A stretch of DNA of 64,000 nt, taken from positions 105,463,853-105,527,852 of the forward strand of contig NC_068985.1 in NCBI RefSeq assembly GCF_001194135.2, written 5' to 3'. The translations under genes and the position numbers were made by a program. A model generated the notes under the pieces. That model saw only the letters and a list, made by a program, of their open reading frames with translations, did no database searches and was not told the DNA's origin. Positions within the stretch are counted from its first letter, which is position 1. Each line of letters starts with the position of its first letter. Of the stretch, positions 25,589 to 39,150 are shown piece by piece. Origin of the DNA: Octopus bimaculoides. Taxonomy: Eukaryota.

Positions 25589-26880
25589 CAGAGCCTTTAT
25601 TTATTCCTGCGAGGTGTTAATAAGTTTGTTTCTGTTCAAGATCTTTTATAACTATACCAACATCTAACACGACTGAATTTGAGGTATTCAGTTTACCCTT
25701 TCTGGAAATTGGCTTTGGCACATTTATCAAGACCGAACTCCATCCCGATATCATCATTGAATACTTTTACAGTACGTAAGAGGTCTTCATTGTCTTTGCC
25801 ATAGAGTTTTAAGCCATCCATATAAAATAGATGACTTATTTTCATGCTGTCAATTTTATACCCATACCCTGTTAAGTTCACTTATAAGGAGCATTAGTGC
25901 TATACAAAAACTTAGAGGTGAAAGTGAATCAACGCTACAGTTGATGTTAATAGTTTGAAGCTAGTACTCCATTAGCATGATATAAATGAAGATACACATT
26001 CCACAATAACATATTATGCTTCAAGAAGTTTGAAATTACAAAAGAAATTTTGAAGATGTCCAGCGATTTCAAGAGCCATGAATGCTGTATGCTGACATAG
26101 ACGTAGGGCCATTTTGTAATCAAATCATGCGGAAGTGAGATCTCTGCGCTTGTTATAACAGTTTTCAAGGATTATGCCATTAATTAGTTGATCTTTGTAT
26201 CCATATGAGCCTCATCGGCATCTGTTTGTTCTGTGAGGAAAATATCGTTCTCTTCCATAAATGCATATGATTTCTCCACGAGAATAGGTGTTTAAATTTG
26301 TGTAAGCAGTGGATAAACAGGTTATGCGCCAATAGTGGTATTTAACTTTGGCTTCATTATTCTTTGGGAGTAGACAAGCAATACCACTTGTTAACCAATC
26401 AGGTGTTTTCTTTGGATATCTCATCATTTCAGTGAACAACTGAACTAGCTTTTCATGTGCGCACGGGATGAGAGCCAGACATTTGGCATTCTATCTTTAC
26501 CGGCAGTTATGAGCTTTCGTCAAAGTCATCCTAAGATCTACTATTGCGATGTCTCCCCATGCTTATTCTTGTAAGTTTTGGCAGGATCTTTCTGTACGTC
26601 TAATCCAGCTTGCATTTTTATCATATGTCTTCTCATCACTCCAAATCTTTTTCAAAAAGCCTTCAATTTCTTCCATGGGAGGTGAGGAGGTTATAATTAT
26701 TATTTTCTAGTAAACTGAATTTGCGATCCTATTTGCGATTACAACCATTTCACTTCATTTACGTCACTATTCTTTTCAGAGAAATCAAAGTCAAAATATC
26801 CGAGATGAGTTCGTATTGGATTATCTCTCAACTCCAACGATGAAAGATTTTTTTTCAATATCTACATCTACACTACGTTT
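25589..26880 (-). mobile_element. Non-LTR retrotransposon RT remnant, R4/Dong-like clade
   Basis: Minus-strand ORFs give KTPDWLTSGIACLLPK...RITCLSTAY, HSWLLKSLDIFKIS and NLTGYGYKI..ISHLFYMDGLKLY...FNDDIGMEFGLDKCA. This RT motif spelling is typical of R4/Dong/Rex6 elements. The ORF is broken by stops and frameshifts. Confidence 0.85.
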
Positions 26881-27164
26881 CGATAGGCTTTATCTGAGCG
26901 GCATTTGGTGCCATTATTCCTGAATGTCCACTAAGTTCTAAAGTGATTTCCAATAATTAGGTAATTTTACTTTTAAAGTAAGGAAATGATGCTATTAAAT
27001 TGACGGCAACACCATTATTGGCTTTAGTTTAGAAATCAAGGTATCTAATTCGAAGCCTGTCTACAACTAAGTTAACATCCAAGAATGAAACCCCTGTTAA
27101 CAATCGGATCAAACCGATCGAAACGTAGCATAGTATATTGATTCCTAAAATTGGCAGAGAGTGG

Positions 27165-27345
27165 TACAGCCGATTAGTCAACCACTAGTGCTTGATTGGC
27201 ACTTAATATTATCAATTCTCAGAAGGATAAGAAGCAAAATCGATCTCGGCAGGATTCAAACACATTACTTAAAGAAGGGACATAACGAAATACCAAAAAG
27301 AATTTTACCTGCCTCTCTTAGGATTCTGTTATATCGCCCTCATTA
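27165..27345 (-). mobile_element. Degenerate SINE-B copy
   Basis: GCAAAATCGATCTCGGCAGGATTCAAAC is the reverse complement of the B-box and GTCGAC region. Confidence 0.65.
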
Positions 27346-28480
27346 CTGAAAAATGCGTTTATTTCAAGTTCTAGAAGTGATAATTTTGAAACCAGAGCTG
27401 TCGCATAATTCGAAACAAAATCTATACATATATTGGATATTGATATAGAGCTAAATGCCGTTTAGAATATTTCATACAGTCAACAAAAAGGAATATTTTA
27501 AATCAATATGAAAAGAAACTCGCAAAGAGAACAAAATACACTAGTGCTAATAACAATTCTTGTCAAAAACTGTAGAGTAGAGCCTACACTTTAAATCAAA
27601 TTAATATAAACGACAAAGAGTGGTGAAGTTGGTTCAGAGTGAGTAGGAGAGAGATAAGCTTCTTTACATCTTCTTTACTTTTGATTTCAAATCTCGTCTT
27701 GTTTAGCTTCACTTTTCACCTCCGCACAATCGCTAAATAAAGGAACCAGCTTTTTATTAAACTGATCCAAGCCAAAATTAGTCTTCTACAAACAAGCAAT
27801 TATGTCATATATCTGATTATTTCTGGTCAAGGAAGATAATAGAACCAACGCCGAACTGATTTTTTAAGCCAATGATTCTTTCTCTTTACCACACGCAAAG
27901 CCTTCTGAGCTCACAGTTAACGCCAAAGCTTGGTTAATGAGGCACTTGTCAAAGGATGGCACGCGGCTTCGTTTCCTATTGAAGTTGTCTGTCACGCTTT
28001 TGTAACAAGATCAATGGGCTATTTTGAGTACCCAAACAACTGAAGAAAACTCCCAAGCAGATAACCATGTCAGCTGAGACCAGTTCAAGTTGGTTGTGAT
28101 TGTCAAGAGACCGCAGATTGCCTCTTTCTACAGGTGACGGATAATTCAATCCTCGCTGCCCTACTCAAAGCGAAGCGTACAGACTAGAGGTCGAAACATG
28201 TGTGACCCTGAGATACCTGCTGAAGATACGGAGGGGTTTCCAACATTGTGGTATTGCGATCGCTCTGGTCACATTCAGAAGAGTTTCCTTTATCTTTAAT
28301 CAATACTTGTTGTTTGTTCGGAGGCTAAAATTTGTCTGATATTTATTTTACGTTTTAAGTAAGTTTGTACTTACCTCACCAACTAGTTTTAATGCAGATA
28401 ATGTCCCTGTGTTGTTAACCTAGTCTTTTATTCCACTCTACCATTTCTGACTCCTCAATAAAATGATGCTTTCATCATAT

Positions 28481-28486
<6 letters not shown>

Positions 28487-28534
<48 letters not shown>
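28487..28534. repeat. (TA)n microsatellite
   Basis: Direct reading. Confidence 0.95.
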
Positions 28535-28548
<14 letters not shown>

Positions 28549-30034
28549 TATATCGAATACAACGATGCTAAAACAAAACAAAATTAAAATAATTTTTTTT
28601 TAATACTTAGTTCAGACATTCACCTCCTAGTTAAGATGAAAATATAAATATCTTCCACTCAACTTAAGACAATATTTTATGTCGCATAAACGTTAAAAGG
28701 TGTGTGGTGGGGAACATTTTTATAATTATTTTCATTTAGAAAAAGGACGGTAGCTGCTTGAGAATAATAAATTTACATCTTCGTAGAGTATGCTAGCAGC
28801 TGAAGAGAAGAAATCCAGACAAAAATGTTTTGTTATTCTTCAACATTTTCCATAGCAAGTTTTTATTTTTTTTACTTCTAAGATAGAAAGAAAAAATTCT
28901 TCAAAGTTTTTCTTCATCCGATAGTATAACAGTCTATAAGAATGAATGTAAAAAATACAATATACAATAGAAAGATAATAGGAAGTCTTTTAAGTGAGAA
29001 GGGAATCTTTTTCTTCCACCTTTGCATTATGCATTTATATATATATACATATATATTGCATATATATATATATTAGAAAACGCTTATTGTTATTTTTTTC
29101 TTTTGTATTTGGTTTGTAAGCTTCTTGACGTGAACTCGTATGTTGAAACAGATGTTGTTGTATCTCGGAAGGGTCATTATGCCAATAATAAACACACGCT
29201 GATTCTATTTAACTTCTTTTGAAACAGATCTGGATTGGAGAGAGAGCATGTCATTCATGAAGTTGCAAATGCTTTAACGGCAAAACAGCAGAAATCATAA
29301 TTTCAAGTATTGGCACAAGGCCAAAGCATGAGTACTAAGATTGATTTGTTCGACTAAACCCTCCAAGGCGGTGCCCAAGCATGGTTGCAGTCCCATGACC
29401 AAAACAAGTAAAAAATAAAACAAAATTAAAATATATATATTCTGAGAAATTCATAAAGGATTTCTGGTTTCCTTTGTTAAAATGCAAGACCATTTTTGTC
29501 ATCGCTGTTGATGAAGCAGAACCGAAGTGACACTGTCGGACATAGTTACGCCTCTTTGAAATACATGTGCGATCCAAACGACACGCCTCCACATATTCTT
29601 CATCTACCAAATTTGGCTCGAGTTGTATTTATAATAGAAGACATTTACTTATGTAAGTGTCATGTAGTGAATTCCAGCTGGAAATCTCATGTTTGCAAAG
29701 AATATCTATTTAACATTCGATCAATTCACCTCTCTTTTATATCTGAATCATATAGATTCGAGGTTCTTTAATTAGCCAGTGATAGAGGGTAACTAGAGGT
29801 CTTTCAATGATTTTAGTTTAAACTCATCGAAATTGTTTCTGCATATTCAAAAATTGATTAATCGACACAATTTTCTTGCTCAGCGGTAAAATGACACTTG
29901 ATATCCGTAAATACAATACCAAATTTGAAACACCAACAAATTTCATATTAAACACAAATAACTTTCTAGTGTCTGCTAGTTAAGAGACATTAGAAGGCAT
30001 TGAACGATAAAATTCTTCGTCCCTAAATCTCTTG

Positions 30035-30036
<2 letters not shown>

Positions 30037-30100
<64 letters not shown>
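30037..30100. repeat. (CT)n microsatellite
   Basis: Direct reading. Confidence 0.95.
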
Positions 30101-30105
<5 letters not shown>

Positions 30106-32805
30106 CTCTTCCTCGCTGTCACCTTCTCTCCTCGGCTTCTCTTTCAAACAATTTTGTTCGTCAAGAACGTGAGTTAGTCAATCAATACTTCATTTATATC
30201 ACGCAACTGGGATAAACTTAGCTAATTGTTCAACCTTTCCCGTTCGGACTTCGCTATCAATTGAGGATTAGCTCTATTGACATCAGACAGTGGATATCCA
30301 TTTCAACTATTACAGTGCATGAGAAGACAGCTTACTATTAACAGCTAACAAAATACTCGTCAATTACACTGTTTTCTTGCTGCTCCACCATGATAGATTG
30401 TTCTTCCCTCAAGGTACCTATTTACAGCTAAGTGAACAGAAGCCAAGTCGATTAGCAAGAGCGCAAAGCAAAAGGATGTAAACTGTAAACCTTGGTTCAA
30501 GGAAGCGGATAACTTGTTGAGTTGATTAGCAAGGACTCACTGAGTAATTGCTCACAGCACCTGATTTTTTCCTCGGGTCATACATTTCTGTACTAACTAA
30601 ATGTCACGGCATAATATCTTGAAAAAAACAATTTTTAAAGTGGAAAATATTGATTTCTTTGTTTGGCACAATGCGACAATTTGTAGCGCAACGCTATAAT
30701 GGGTTGGATTAATATCATCCGTGTATGATTGTTATTTTATCGACTCGGGGGAATGAGAGGGAAAGTCAACTTCGACCGGCTTTTCAGCTTGGAACCTTAG
30801 TCAGACAAAACGAAATACTGAACGGTAATATCGTAAGATTATGGATGACTAAGTAGATATTATTAGATCATTATCTCAAAATAAATATTTTTTTTATAAA
30901 TGAAACCCATATCTATCAGCTAATTTTCCAATGCAAGTACAACGAGGAACACAAAATATAGAAGGCTCATTAGTTTGATTGGCCTGCTGTGTCTCTTTAT
31001 GAGAGATCAATATAGACAAGGATGGGACACCTTCGTCATGTTTCGCCCCAATCTTACCTCCAACTTACTATGGCCGTCGGGAATTTAGCTTCTAACAGCT
31101 AAAATCATTATATCCATAGTATCTTCTCAAGAAAATAAATGCAAGCATAGTGACTTGATTCCAATAGTTCAGCTTCTTGGACCAAAATGTCGTCCTAACT
31201 ACAAACATATTTCTTCCTAATAACTATTGTATCTTTCTCTCACTGAAAACAATGACAAATATATTAGTAGATCTCTTGAGATTACGAGCAGACATAAAAT
31301 TATGGGAAACTATCCGTTCTAACGAGTTCCTTTACAGAATGTGTGCAATTGTTTACATCAGTAGTAAAGTTTTGTTTTGTTTTAATGCAGAAGGTATACA
31401 GGTGAATGTCATACAGAGAATAAAAGTGTTCATTCATTCTTGCAAGGGCCTTTGAATGGTTTCTCCCTTTTTAACACACAAAACATGTTGTATCGCTGAT
31501 TGGACATTGAATGCATTCAAGTCGAGGGAAATTCTCGGAGAAATAATATTTTTTGTCGAGAAACAGCGGCACAGGCAGTCTGATTTCATATTTCAACTGG
31601 CAACTCTCTCACTAAAATGTGCCCTGTTCCGTAACTCCCGCTTTCTTCTCACTCTCGCTGACCTTATAACCACACTAATCTTTCCTGTTTGGGGCAGTAA
31701 TTAGTTACGACCTTCCAATATTCGCTATTCGGTTTCGCATCTCAAATGAAGCTGTTCCGCATCATGTATGTCCCCGAGAAAGGCATATACACCACCTAAT
31801 TGTATTTCCTTTCCAACATAGATTTTGAAGTTTTGTGTTGAAGTCAGACATTTTTTTCATTATTTTTATGTTTGTCAATGCCGTAAAGTAAGATGTAAGC
31901 TCTGTTGCTACGTGGTTCTGATATTTTCGAAAGATATTTATTCTTATTATCTGTAAATGAAAATAGAACCTGTATTTTTTATTTTATTCAAACATCATAG
32001 AAGCAAACATCTCATTCGGCTATCAGATCGATGGGTATTTCGTTGTTTTTCTAGGTGAGGCACTTTAATTCACGTACCTCAATTTACGTAGCTTTAACTA
32101 TGAATAATTACATGCTACAGACGAAAACACATAGTTCTGTAGAAACTGAAGTATAGTTCCGCTTCTAAAGACTCCTAACTTTTTATGAAAGAACGCCATC
32201 ATGATCAACAGCAACATATTCAGGTATAAATGCAATCTCGGTAGAACAAACAAGTCAAACAAAGGACCTTCTGTAAAATGCTTTCAGTTAATCCACATTA
32301 AACATTAATTATTATATGATCCATTGCACGTTTAATTATATTCGTTAATACTGTCACAGTTCTAAGCTCTACATGTCTGTACAAGTTATTTGATCATGTT
32401 TTTGTTTAGTTACAATTTCATCTACATTCAGGAAGGCTACCCTTGTTAGTTAATAAATATAAATCGTTATTATGAAAGTATTGTTTATATATTCTGTTGA
32501 CCTATACAGCAGATAACTAATTGAAAATTATTTGTTTTTAGGCGACAATGGTTTCTATTGTATCGGCACCGAATGCAAACAATATTCCTTCCAGTCAATA
32601 ACATCATCTCTTCATCTCTCAAACACATTGTTGAGACTACAATGTGAGAAAGACACGTCCAGAAGCTTTCATACGAAAAGGCGATTAACTAAAGTAAATG
32701 TCTCTCTGTTTGTTAGATCCCAAATGTCTGTCTTGATGAAATCTGTACTCTTAACTTCACATATACATGTTCTTGTTTGAGTAACACGTGCACTAACGCA
32801 CCGAA

Positions 32806-32874
<69 letters not shown>

Positions 32875-33534
32875 NNNNNNNNNNNNNNNNNNNNNNNNNN
32901 NNNNNNNNNNNNNNNNNNNNNNNNNNNNNNNNNNNNNNNNNNNNNNNNNNNNNNNNNNNNNNNNNNNNNNNNNNNNNNNNNNNNNNNNNNNNNNNNNNNN
33001 NNNNNNNNNNNNNNNNNNNNNNNNNNNNNNNNNNNNNNNNNNNNNNNNNNNNNNNNNNNNNNNNNNNNNNNNNNNNNNNNNNNNNNNNNNNNNNNNNNNN
33101 NNNNNNNNNNNNNNNNNNNNNNNNNNNNNNNNNNNNNNNNNNNNNNNNNNNNNNNNNNNNNNNNNNNNNNNNNNNNNNNNNNNNNNNNNNNNNNNNNNNN
33201 NNNNNNNNNNNNNNNNNNNNNNNNNNNNNNNNNNNNNNNNNNNNNNNNNNNNNNNNNNNNNNNNNNNNNNNNNNNNNNNNNNNNNNNNNNNNNNNNNNNN
33301 NNNNNNNNNNNNNNNNNNNNNNNNNNNNNNNNNNNNNNNNNNNNNNNNNNNNNNNNNNNNNNNNNNNNNNNNNNNNNNNNNNNNNNNNNNNNNNNNNNNN
33401 NNNNNNNNNNNNNNNNNNNNNNNNNNNNNNNNNNNNNNNNNNNNNNNNNNNNNNNNNNNNNNNNNNNNNNNNNNNNNNNNNNNNNNNNNNNNNNNNNNNN
33501 NNNNNNNNNNNNNNNNNNNNNNNNNNNNNNNNNN
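32875..33534. other. Assembly gap (N-run)
   Basis: 660 N; probably hides the head of the adjacent SINE-A. Confidence 1.
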
Positions 33535-33590
33535 GGTAGACGGAAACTGAAAAGAAGCCCGTCGTATGTATGTATGTATATATATATATG

Positions 33591-33640
<50 letters not shown>

Positions 33641-33872
33641 TATGCGTGTATGTATGTGTGTGTGTATGTATTTGTGTGTCTGTGTTTGTCACACCACCGT
33701 CGCTTGACAACCGATGTTGGTGTGTTTACATCCCCGTGGTCTAGCGGTTCGGCAAAAATACTAGGCTTACAAAGAATAAGTCCTGGGCTCGATTTGTTCA
33801 ACTAAAAAGTTGTGCTCCAGCATGGCTGCAGTCAAATGACTGAATCAAGTGAAAGAATAAAAGAATAGAAGA
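33535..33872 (+). mobile_element. SINE family A (5' end in gap) with expanded internal (TA)/(TATG) tract
   Basis: GGTAGACGGAAACTGAAAAGAAGCCCGTCG...GTGCTCCAGCATGGCTGCAGTCAAATGACTGAATCAAGTGAAAGAATAAAAGAAT. Confidence 0.9.
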
Positions 33873-33879
33873 ATATATG

Positions 33880-34320
33880 GGAATGATGGATCTTAGCTGT
33901 TGTCGCAGCATCCATCTAGGAGAGGAACACTCTGATGTAAAACCTGCCATTTCACGTGATAACTGGTCATTTCGCTTCGGTATGTCATTAGGTAGACTCA
34001 CAGAGCGGTACTCGCGTTGTACAAGCGTTTATCACTACAATCCAATGGCGTACAGATGTCTTTTGCCCTTCCATCTATTGAAAGCGGTATGGTGATGGAA
34101 GAGTGACGATGTGTGCAGACCTCAGCAGTGAGAAGGTTCAGTTTCGTGTCCAGAAAGGCTTGAAACTTAGATCGACGAACTGCTCGTCCCATAAAGTGAC
34201 CTGATCATTTCATTGGAAGTTACAACTTTTGCCTGACATCTCTGCGTCAAATCATGACGTTCAGCAGAAACGCCATTGACGACGTGGTAGCATCAGAAGA
34301 CGGCAATCATCTGTGAAGAC
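33880..34320 (+). mobile_element. Possible RTE-type LINE fragment
   Basis: CTAGGAGAGGAACACTCTGATGTAAAACC resembles RTE 5' region motifs as I recall them. GC content is higher than the flanks. No clear peptide motif. Confidence 0.3.
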
Positions 34321-34661
34321 ATAGTTGTCACCACACACATACATACACATACTTAATGCATACATACAGGCAGACAAACAGGCAGACACGCGTGCATGTA
34401 CACAGACAAACTTAGAAACAAAGCTGTTCCTTTTGGTTGGTGTTTTGATTTTTAAAGTAACAGACTAGCGTAGCTGATATTTCTTTTTCTTTTTTTTTTC
34501 AGTGCTGCAGACAAAAACGTCCGCCAAGATTTCAGAAAGCAGAGTTTTTCTTTTTTTATTCAATGGAGGCGAAACAGCTAGGTACTCTCTTTGACTCAGA
34601 AGTAACAAGGTTCGGAAATAAAATATAAATCAAACTTCAAGAAACTGACTCAAGTTTAAAT

Positions 34662-34860
34662 ATTGGTTTCAAATTTTGACACAAGACCTGCAATTTTGGG
34701 GGAGTGAGGAAGTCGATTACATCGATCGCTATCATCATCTGCTACTTATTTCATCGATCCCGGAAGGGATGAAAATCAAAGTCGCACCTCAGCGGAATTT
34801 GAACTCAGAACATAAAGACAGACGAAATGCCACTATGCATTTTGCCCGGTGCGCTATCTC
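34662..34860 (-). mobile_element. SINE family B, tail type B2
   Basis: GACACAAGACCTGCAATTTTGGGGGAG...GTCGATTACATCGA...CGGAATTTGAACTCAGAAC...GACGAAATGCC. Confidence 0.85.
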
Positions 34861-35012
34861 TCCGCACTCTTAAGCGTAAATATCGAGAACATCGATTGTA
34901 AGGAAGAAAATATTGAAAACATCAATATGGTAGGTATATATCAAGAATTTACAGCTGTCAAGTTTCATGTGGTGTTATTACTAGCTTGAATGCTAAAAGA
35001 TTAGTACGTCTT

Positions 35013-35648
35013 NNNNNNNNNNNNNNNNNNNNNNNNNNNNNNNNNNNNNNNNNNNNNNNNNNNNNNNNNNNNNNNNNNNNNNNNNNNNNNNNNNNNNNNN
35101 NNNNNNNNNNNNNNNNNNNNNNNNNNNNNNNNNNNNNNNNNNNNNNNNNNNNNNNNNNNNNNNNNNNNNNNNNNNNNNNNNNNNNNNNNNNNNNNNNNNN
35201 NNNNNNNNNNNNNNNNNNNNNNNNNNNNNNNNNNNNNNNNNNNNNNNNNNNNNNNNNNNNNNNNNNNNNNNNNNNNNNNNNNNNNNNNNNNNNNNNNNNN
35301 NNNNNNNNNNNNNNNNNNNNNNNNNNNNNNNNNNNNNNNNNNNNNNNNNNNNNNNNNNNNNNNNNNNNNNNNNNNNNNNNNNNNNNNNNNNNNNNNNNNN
35401 NNNNNNNNNNNNNNNNNNNNNNNNNNNNNNNNNNNNNNNNNNNNNNNNNNNNNNNNNNNNNNNNNNNNNNNNNNNNNNNNNNNNNNNNNNNNNNNNNNNN
35501 NNNNNNNNNNNNNNNNNNNNNNNNNNNNNNNNNNNNNNNNNNNNNNNNNNNNNNNNNNNNNNNNNNNNNNNNNNNNNNNNNNNNNNNNNNNNNNNNNNNN
35601 NNNNNNNNNNNNNNNNNNNNNNNNNNNNNNNNNNNNNNNNNNNNNNNN
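35013..35648. other. Assembly gap (N-run)
   Basis: 636 N. Confidence 1.
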
Positions 35649-35682
<34 letters not shown>

Positions 35683-36002
35683 ATATAATATACGTAGACA
35701 CATATACATATATTTACATACACACAATATGTACGCGCGCACACATGCACACGCTCGCACACACTCACACACGCTCACACACGCGCGCGTACATACAGCA
35801 CTCCGAACACCAGTGTGATCAGAAAAATGTTAAAGAAAGAAAAGGTCTATGAATCGTTGTTAAAGAATTTGCAAATCCATTACCCAAGATAAACCTTCAA
35901 TTTTATGCATATTATTAGAGCAAAAGTATAGGTACCAACCCATCTAGAGCAAAGTTGGCTTAACTAGGATTGTCTGGGAGTTTATCATTTAAGTATATAT
36001 GA

Positions 36003-36243
36003 GCATGTCTAGATATGCAACTATATGCATGAGAATACGTACATAAAACAAAACATACAAATCTGCACATATACATACATACTTACATACATACATACAC
36101 ACATATATACATACACACATATATATACATATATACATACACAGAAACAAAAATACCCTACTGTTGATGTTGAAATTCCAATGATCTGGGTTCGAAACCG
36201 GCTGTTCCTCTGTTGGCGAGAAATCTTGAAATAAAGCTGAACA
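36003..36243 (+). repeat. Unclassified interspersed repeat F, copy 1
   Basis: CATACAAATCTGCAC-(CATA)n-GATGTTGAAATTCCAATGA...GAAACCGGCT...GAAATCTTGAAATAAA(G/A)CTGAACAA also occurs at 56652-56903. Confidence 0.8.
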
Positions 36244-36246
36244 ATA

Positions 36247-36419
36247 TAGGCGCAGGAGTGGCTGTGTGGTAAGTAGCTTGCTTACCAACCACATGGTTCC
36301 GGGTTCAGTCCCACTGCGTGGCATCTTGGGCAAGTGTCTTCTACTATAGCCTCGGGCCGACCAAAGCCTTGTGAGTGGATTTGGTAGACGGAAACTGAAA
36401 GAAGCCCGTCGTATATATG

Positions 36420-36489
<70 letters not shown>

Positions 36490-36608
36490 TGTGTCTGTGT
36501 CTGTGTTTGTCCCCCCTAGCATTGCTTGACAACCGATGCTGGTGTGTTTATGTCCCCGTCACTCAGCAGTTCGGCAAAAGAGACCGATAGAATAAGTACT
36601 AGGCTTAC
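36247..36608 (+). mobile_element. SINE family A with long internal (TG)n, 3'-truncated
   Basis: The head matches 25323 and the copy ends at GAATAAGTACTAGGCTTAC. Confidence 0.92.
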
Positions 36609-37526
36609 TAACACGCATATGATACTAACATCAACCTTACCACAAATATCAGCGAAATGTGCATATTATAACACTGAACCGCTTTATATGGCCTGAGGAG
36701 GTTTCTTCTGCACTATGGGGTGCGTTTGATTCTATTACATCGTTCCACAACCGCTAGAGACCAGTGCAGAAATAAGCCGAAACGATCGTTGTCCTAAATA
36801 AAGCTTCCAGTACACATATTAATTATATTAAAGGCTATTACAATAAGAAAACGCCTCACGCTGTTATGGGACTCTAAAGTTAAAACTACTTCAATAAATA
36901 TTTATATGTATATTTACTGAAGTGTAAACGTTTGCATATAGTAGTAGTCCTTAATATAATTAATGTATTTATATTGAAAGGAAAAATTATATACTTCGTA
37001 CTAATTTTTTCCTAAACTGGATTTTCAAGCTGGCTACTTTGATAAATTATTATATAGATTTAATCCATATATATATATATATATGCATATGCAGAGAGAG
37101 AGGGGGAGAGAGAAAGAGAGAGAGACAGAAAGGATAGCTGGTCGATAAAAGAGATAAGGATGTCATTTAACCTCCACGTTGCAAAAGAAACTAACGATTA
37201 TGCCATACCAGTGTGGAAGATTCCAGCCATATCAGCAGCAGCTATTCAAAAACCTGTATAAATGTGCATAATTGTTGCCTCTCCATGAGACATGATATGA
37301 TGTTATCAGCAGGAAGGATTGTCCTGATAGACAGTTCAGAGCCACGTCAGAACCAGGATGTATCTAAAATGTTAAAAGAATAACGAATATGAATGGAACG
37401 TTGAACTAATACATACTAAGACAACAGCAATCCGTGGCAATCACCTGGTACTTTTCAATGGGACAGAAGTTATGTATTTCGAAAATATCAATTGCTGAGC
37501 TGTTGCAAATGTCCTACATACGCAAT

Positions 37527-37570
<44 letters not shown>

Positions 37571-37580
37571 NNNNNNNNNN
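37571..37580. other. Assembly gap inside (CA)n
   Basis: 10 N. Confidence 1.
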
Positions 37581-37625
<45 letters not shown>

Positions 37626-38869
37626 CTACCAACTAATACAAAACACACAGCTATTGTATCTGGGTCATTGACTTCTTTTATTTGTACCTATTATTTTCAT
37701 ATATGCACCGGGATATGTAACTACTGACAATAGAAGATTATAGAAACGTAAAAGCATGGTTATGTTGATGGTTTTCTAAGAAAGAACAAAGAAAATTCAT
37801 TCGCGATTAACGTTGAAGACTTCTAAAACATTCTAAAGGTTATCCATTGACTTTCCTGAAATGAACATACGCAAACCATTGCACGGAGGCACATGGTATA
37901 CATACACACATAGACAAAGGATAATGATGTACAAACACTGGTGTATTATAGAGACATGCACATCCATTACATGAGTTGGTGTATATTTACACATACACCC
38001 AAATATAACTAAGCATGTAACGTACATTAACTAATTCACATCTTCAAAAGTCTCTCGAACTATCTTCACTGAAACAAAGAGACATTGAATTTTGCGAAGA
38101 ACACAAATGAATCTCAAAGGAAAACATGATTGTTTGCATACATACATACATACATACATACATACATACATGATGGCTGCCCCCTCGTTATCGAGTATGG
38201 CCATTGCACGAAGCTTAACTTATCGGTGCTGTGATCGAATGTGACTTTTTAGCCCAGCCAAAGATCTACAATGTTTTGCACATACGTTGTATGTTTTATA
38301 ACTCCGACATAAAACCTACATACATACATACATACATACATACATACACCATGTTAGTCTGTCGGAGCGACATAGGTCAGCTAGTCAACCTTAAGGCTGA
38401 CTGATGACTTGCACGGTGACTTTGTTTTAAATGAAGACGACTGAGGATGGGGACGGATGCTGCAAATGATCAAGATCTCTTAATTGCATTATCTCGCTCT
38501 CTGCACTCCACGAAGCGTTGCTGAAGCCATCTTCCCCTCCGTTGAACCATGGATCTTTCTTCCGCCGAGTCCGCCGGATCCAGTCTTACATTCATACATA
38601 CATTCATACTTACATACATACGTACATACATACATACATACACGTGTCCAAGAATAAAGCCAGAGATTAAAAGGGATTAGTGAGTACTATAGCAAGTAAT
38701 GGAGGGTAATGTATAAGTGAAATGGAAGAGACATTATTAGGATTGGTGGCCATGTTTGTTTAAAACAGTTGGACATACACGCATGAAGTGTGTTTTTGCG
38801 GGGAGGTATGCCACACGACCACATCTCTATGTGTACACGCACATGCAAGCGAACTCACCCCTAGATAAT

Positions 38870-39069
38870 ACAGTTCTATATTTAAGAGATTCTATATTTA
38901 AGAGATGAGGAATTATGTACATTATTTACATTATTTACACTTGACGGATATTTGTCCTCATCTTGTTTGTTGTTAACACAACGTTTCGGCTGATATACCC
39001 TCCAGCCTTCATCAGGTGTCTTGGGGAAATTTCGAACCTGGGTTCTCATTCCTAAGATATTTTTCGATC

Positions 39070-39150
<81 letters not shown>

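Noticed and set aside
28178-28205. GAC-TAGAG-GTC-GAAA-CATGT hammerhead half
   Set aside because: No CUGANGA box upstream, and G at the cleavage position.
28119-28365. Candidate exon (TCTTTCTACAG acceptor, AAGTAAGT donor)
   Set aside because: Stops occur in all three frames soon after the acceptor, and there is no other support.
38163-38585. GC-richer blocks between CATA arrays, possibly RTE-related, containing CTGATGA
   Set aside because: No GAAA partner for a hammerhead and no peptide motif, so the family could not be assigned.
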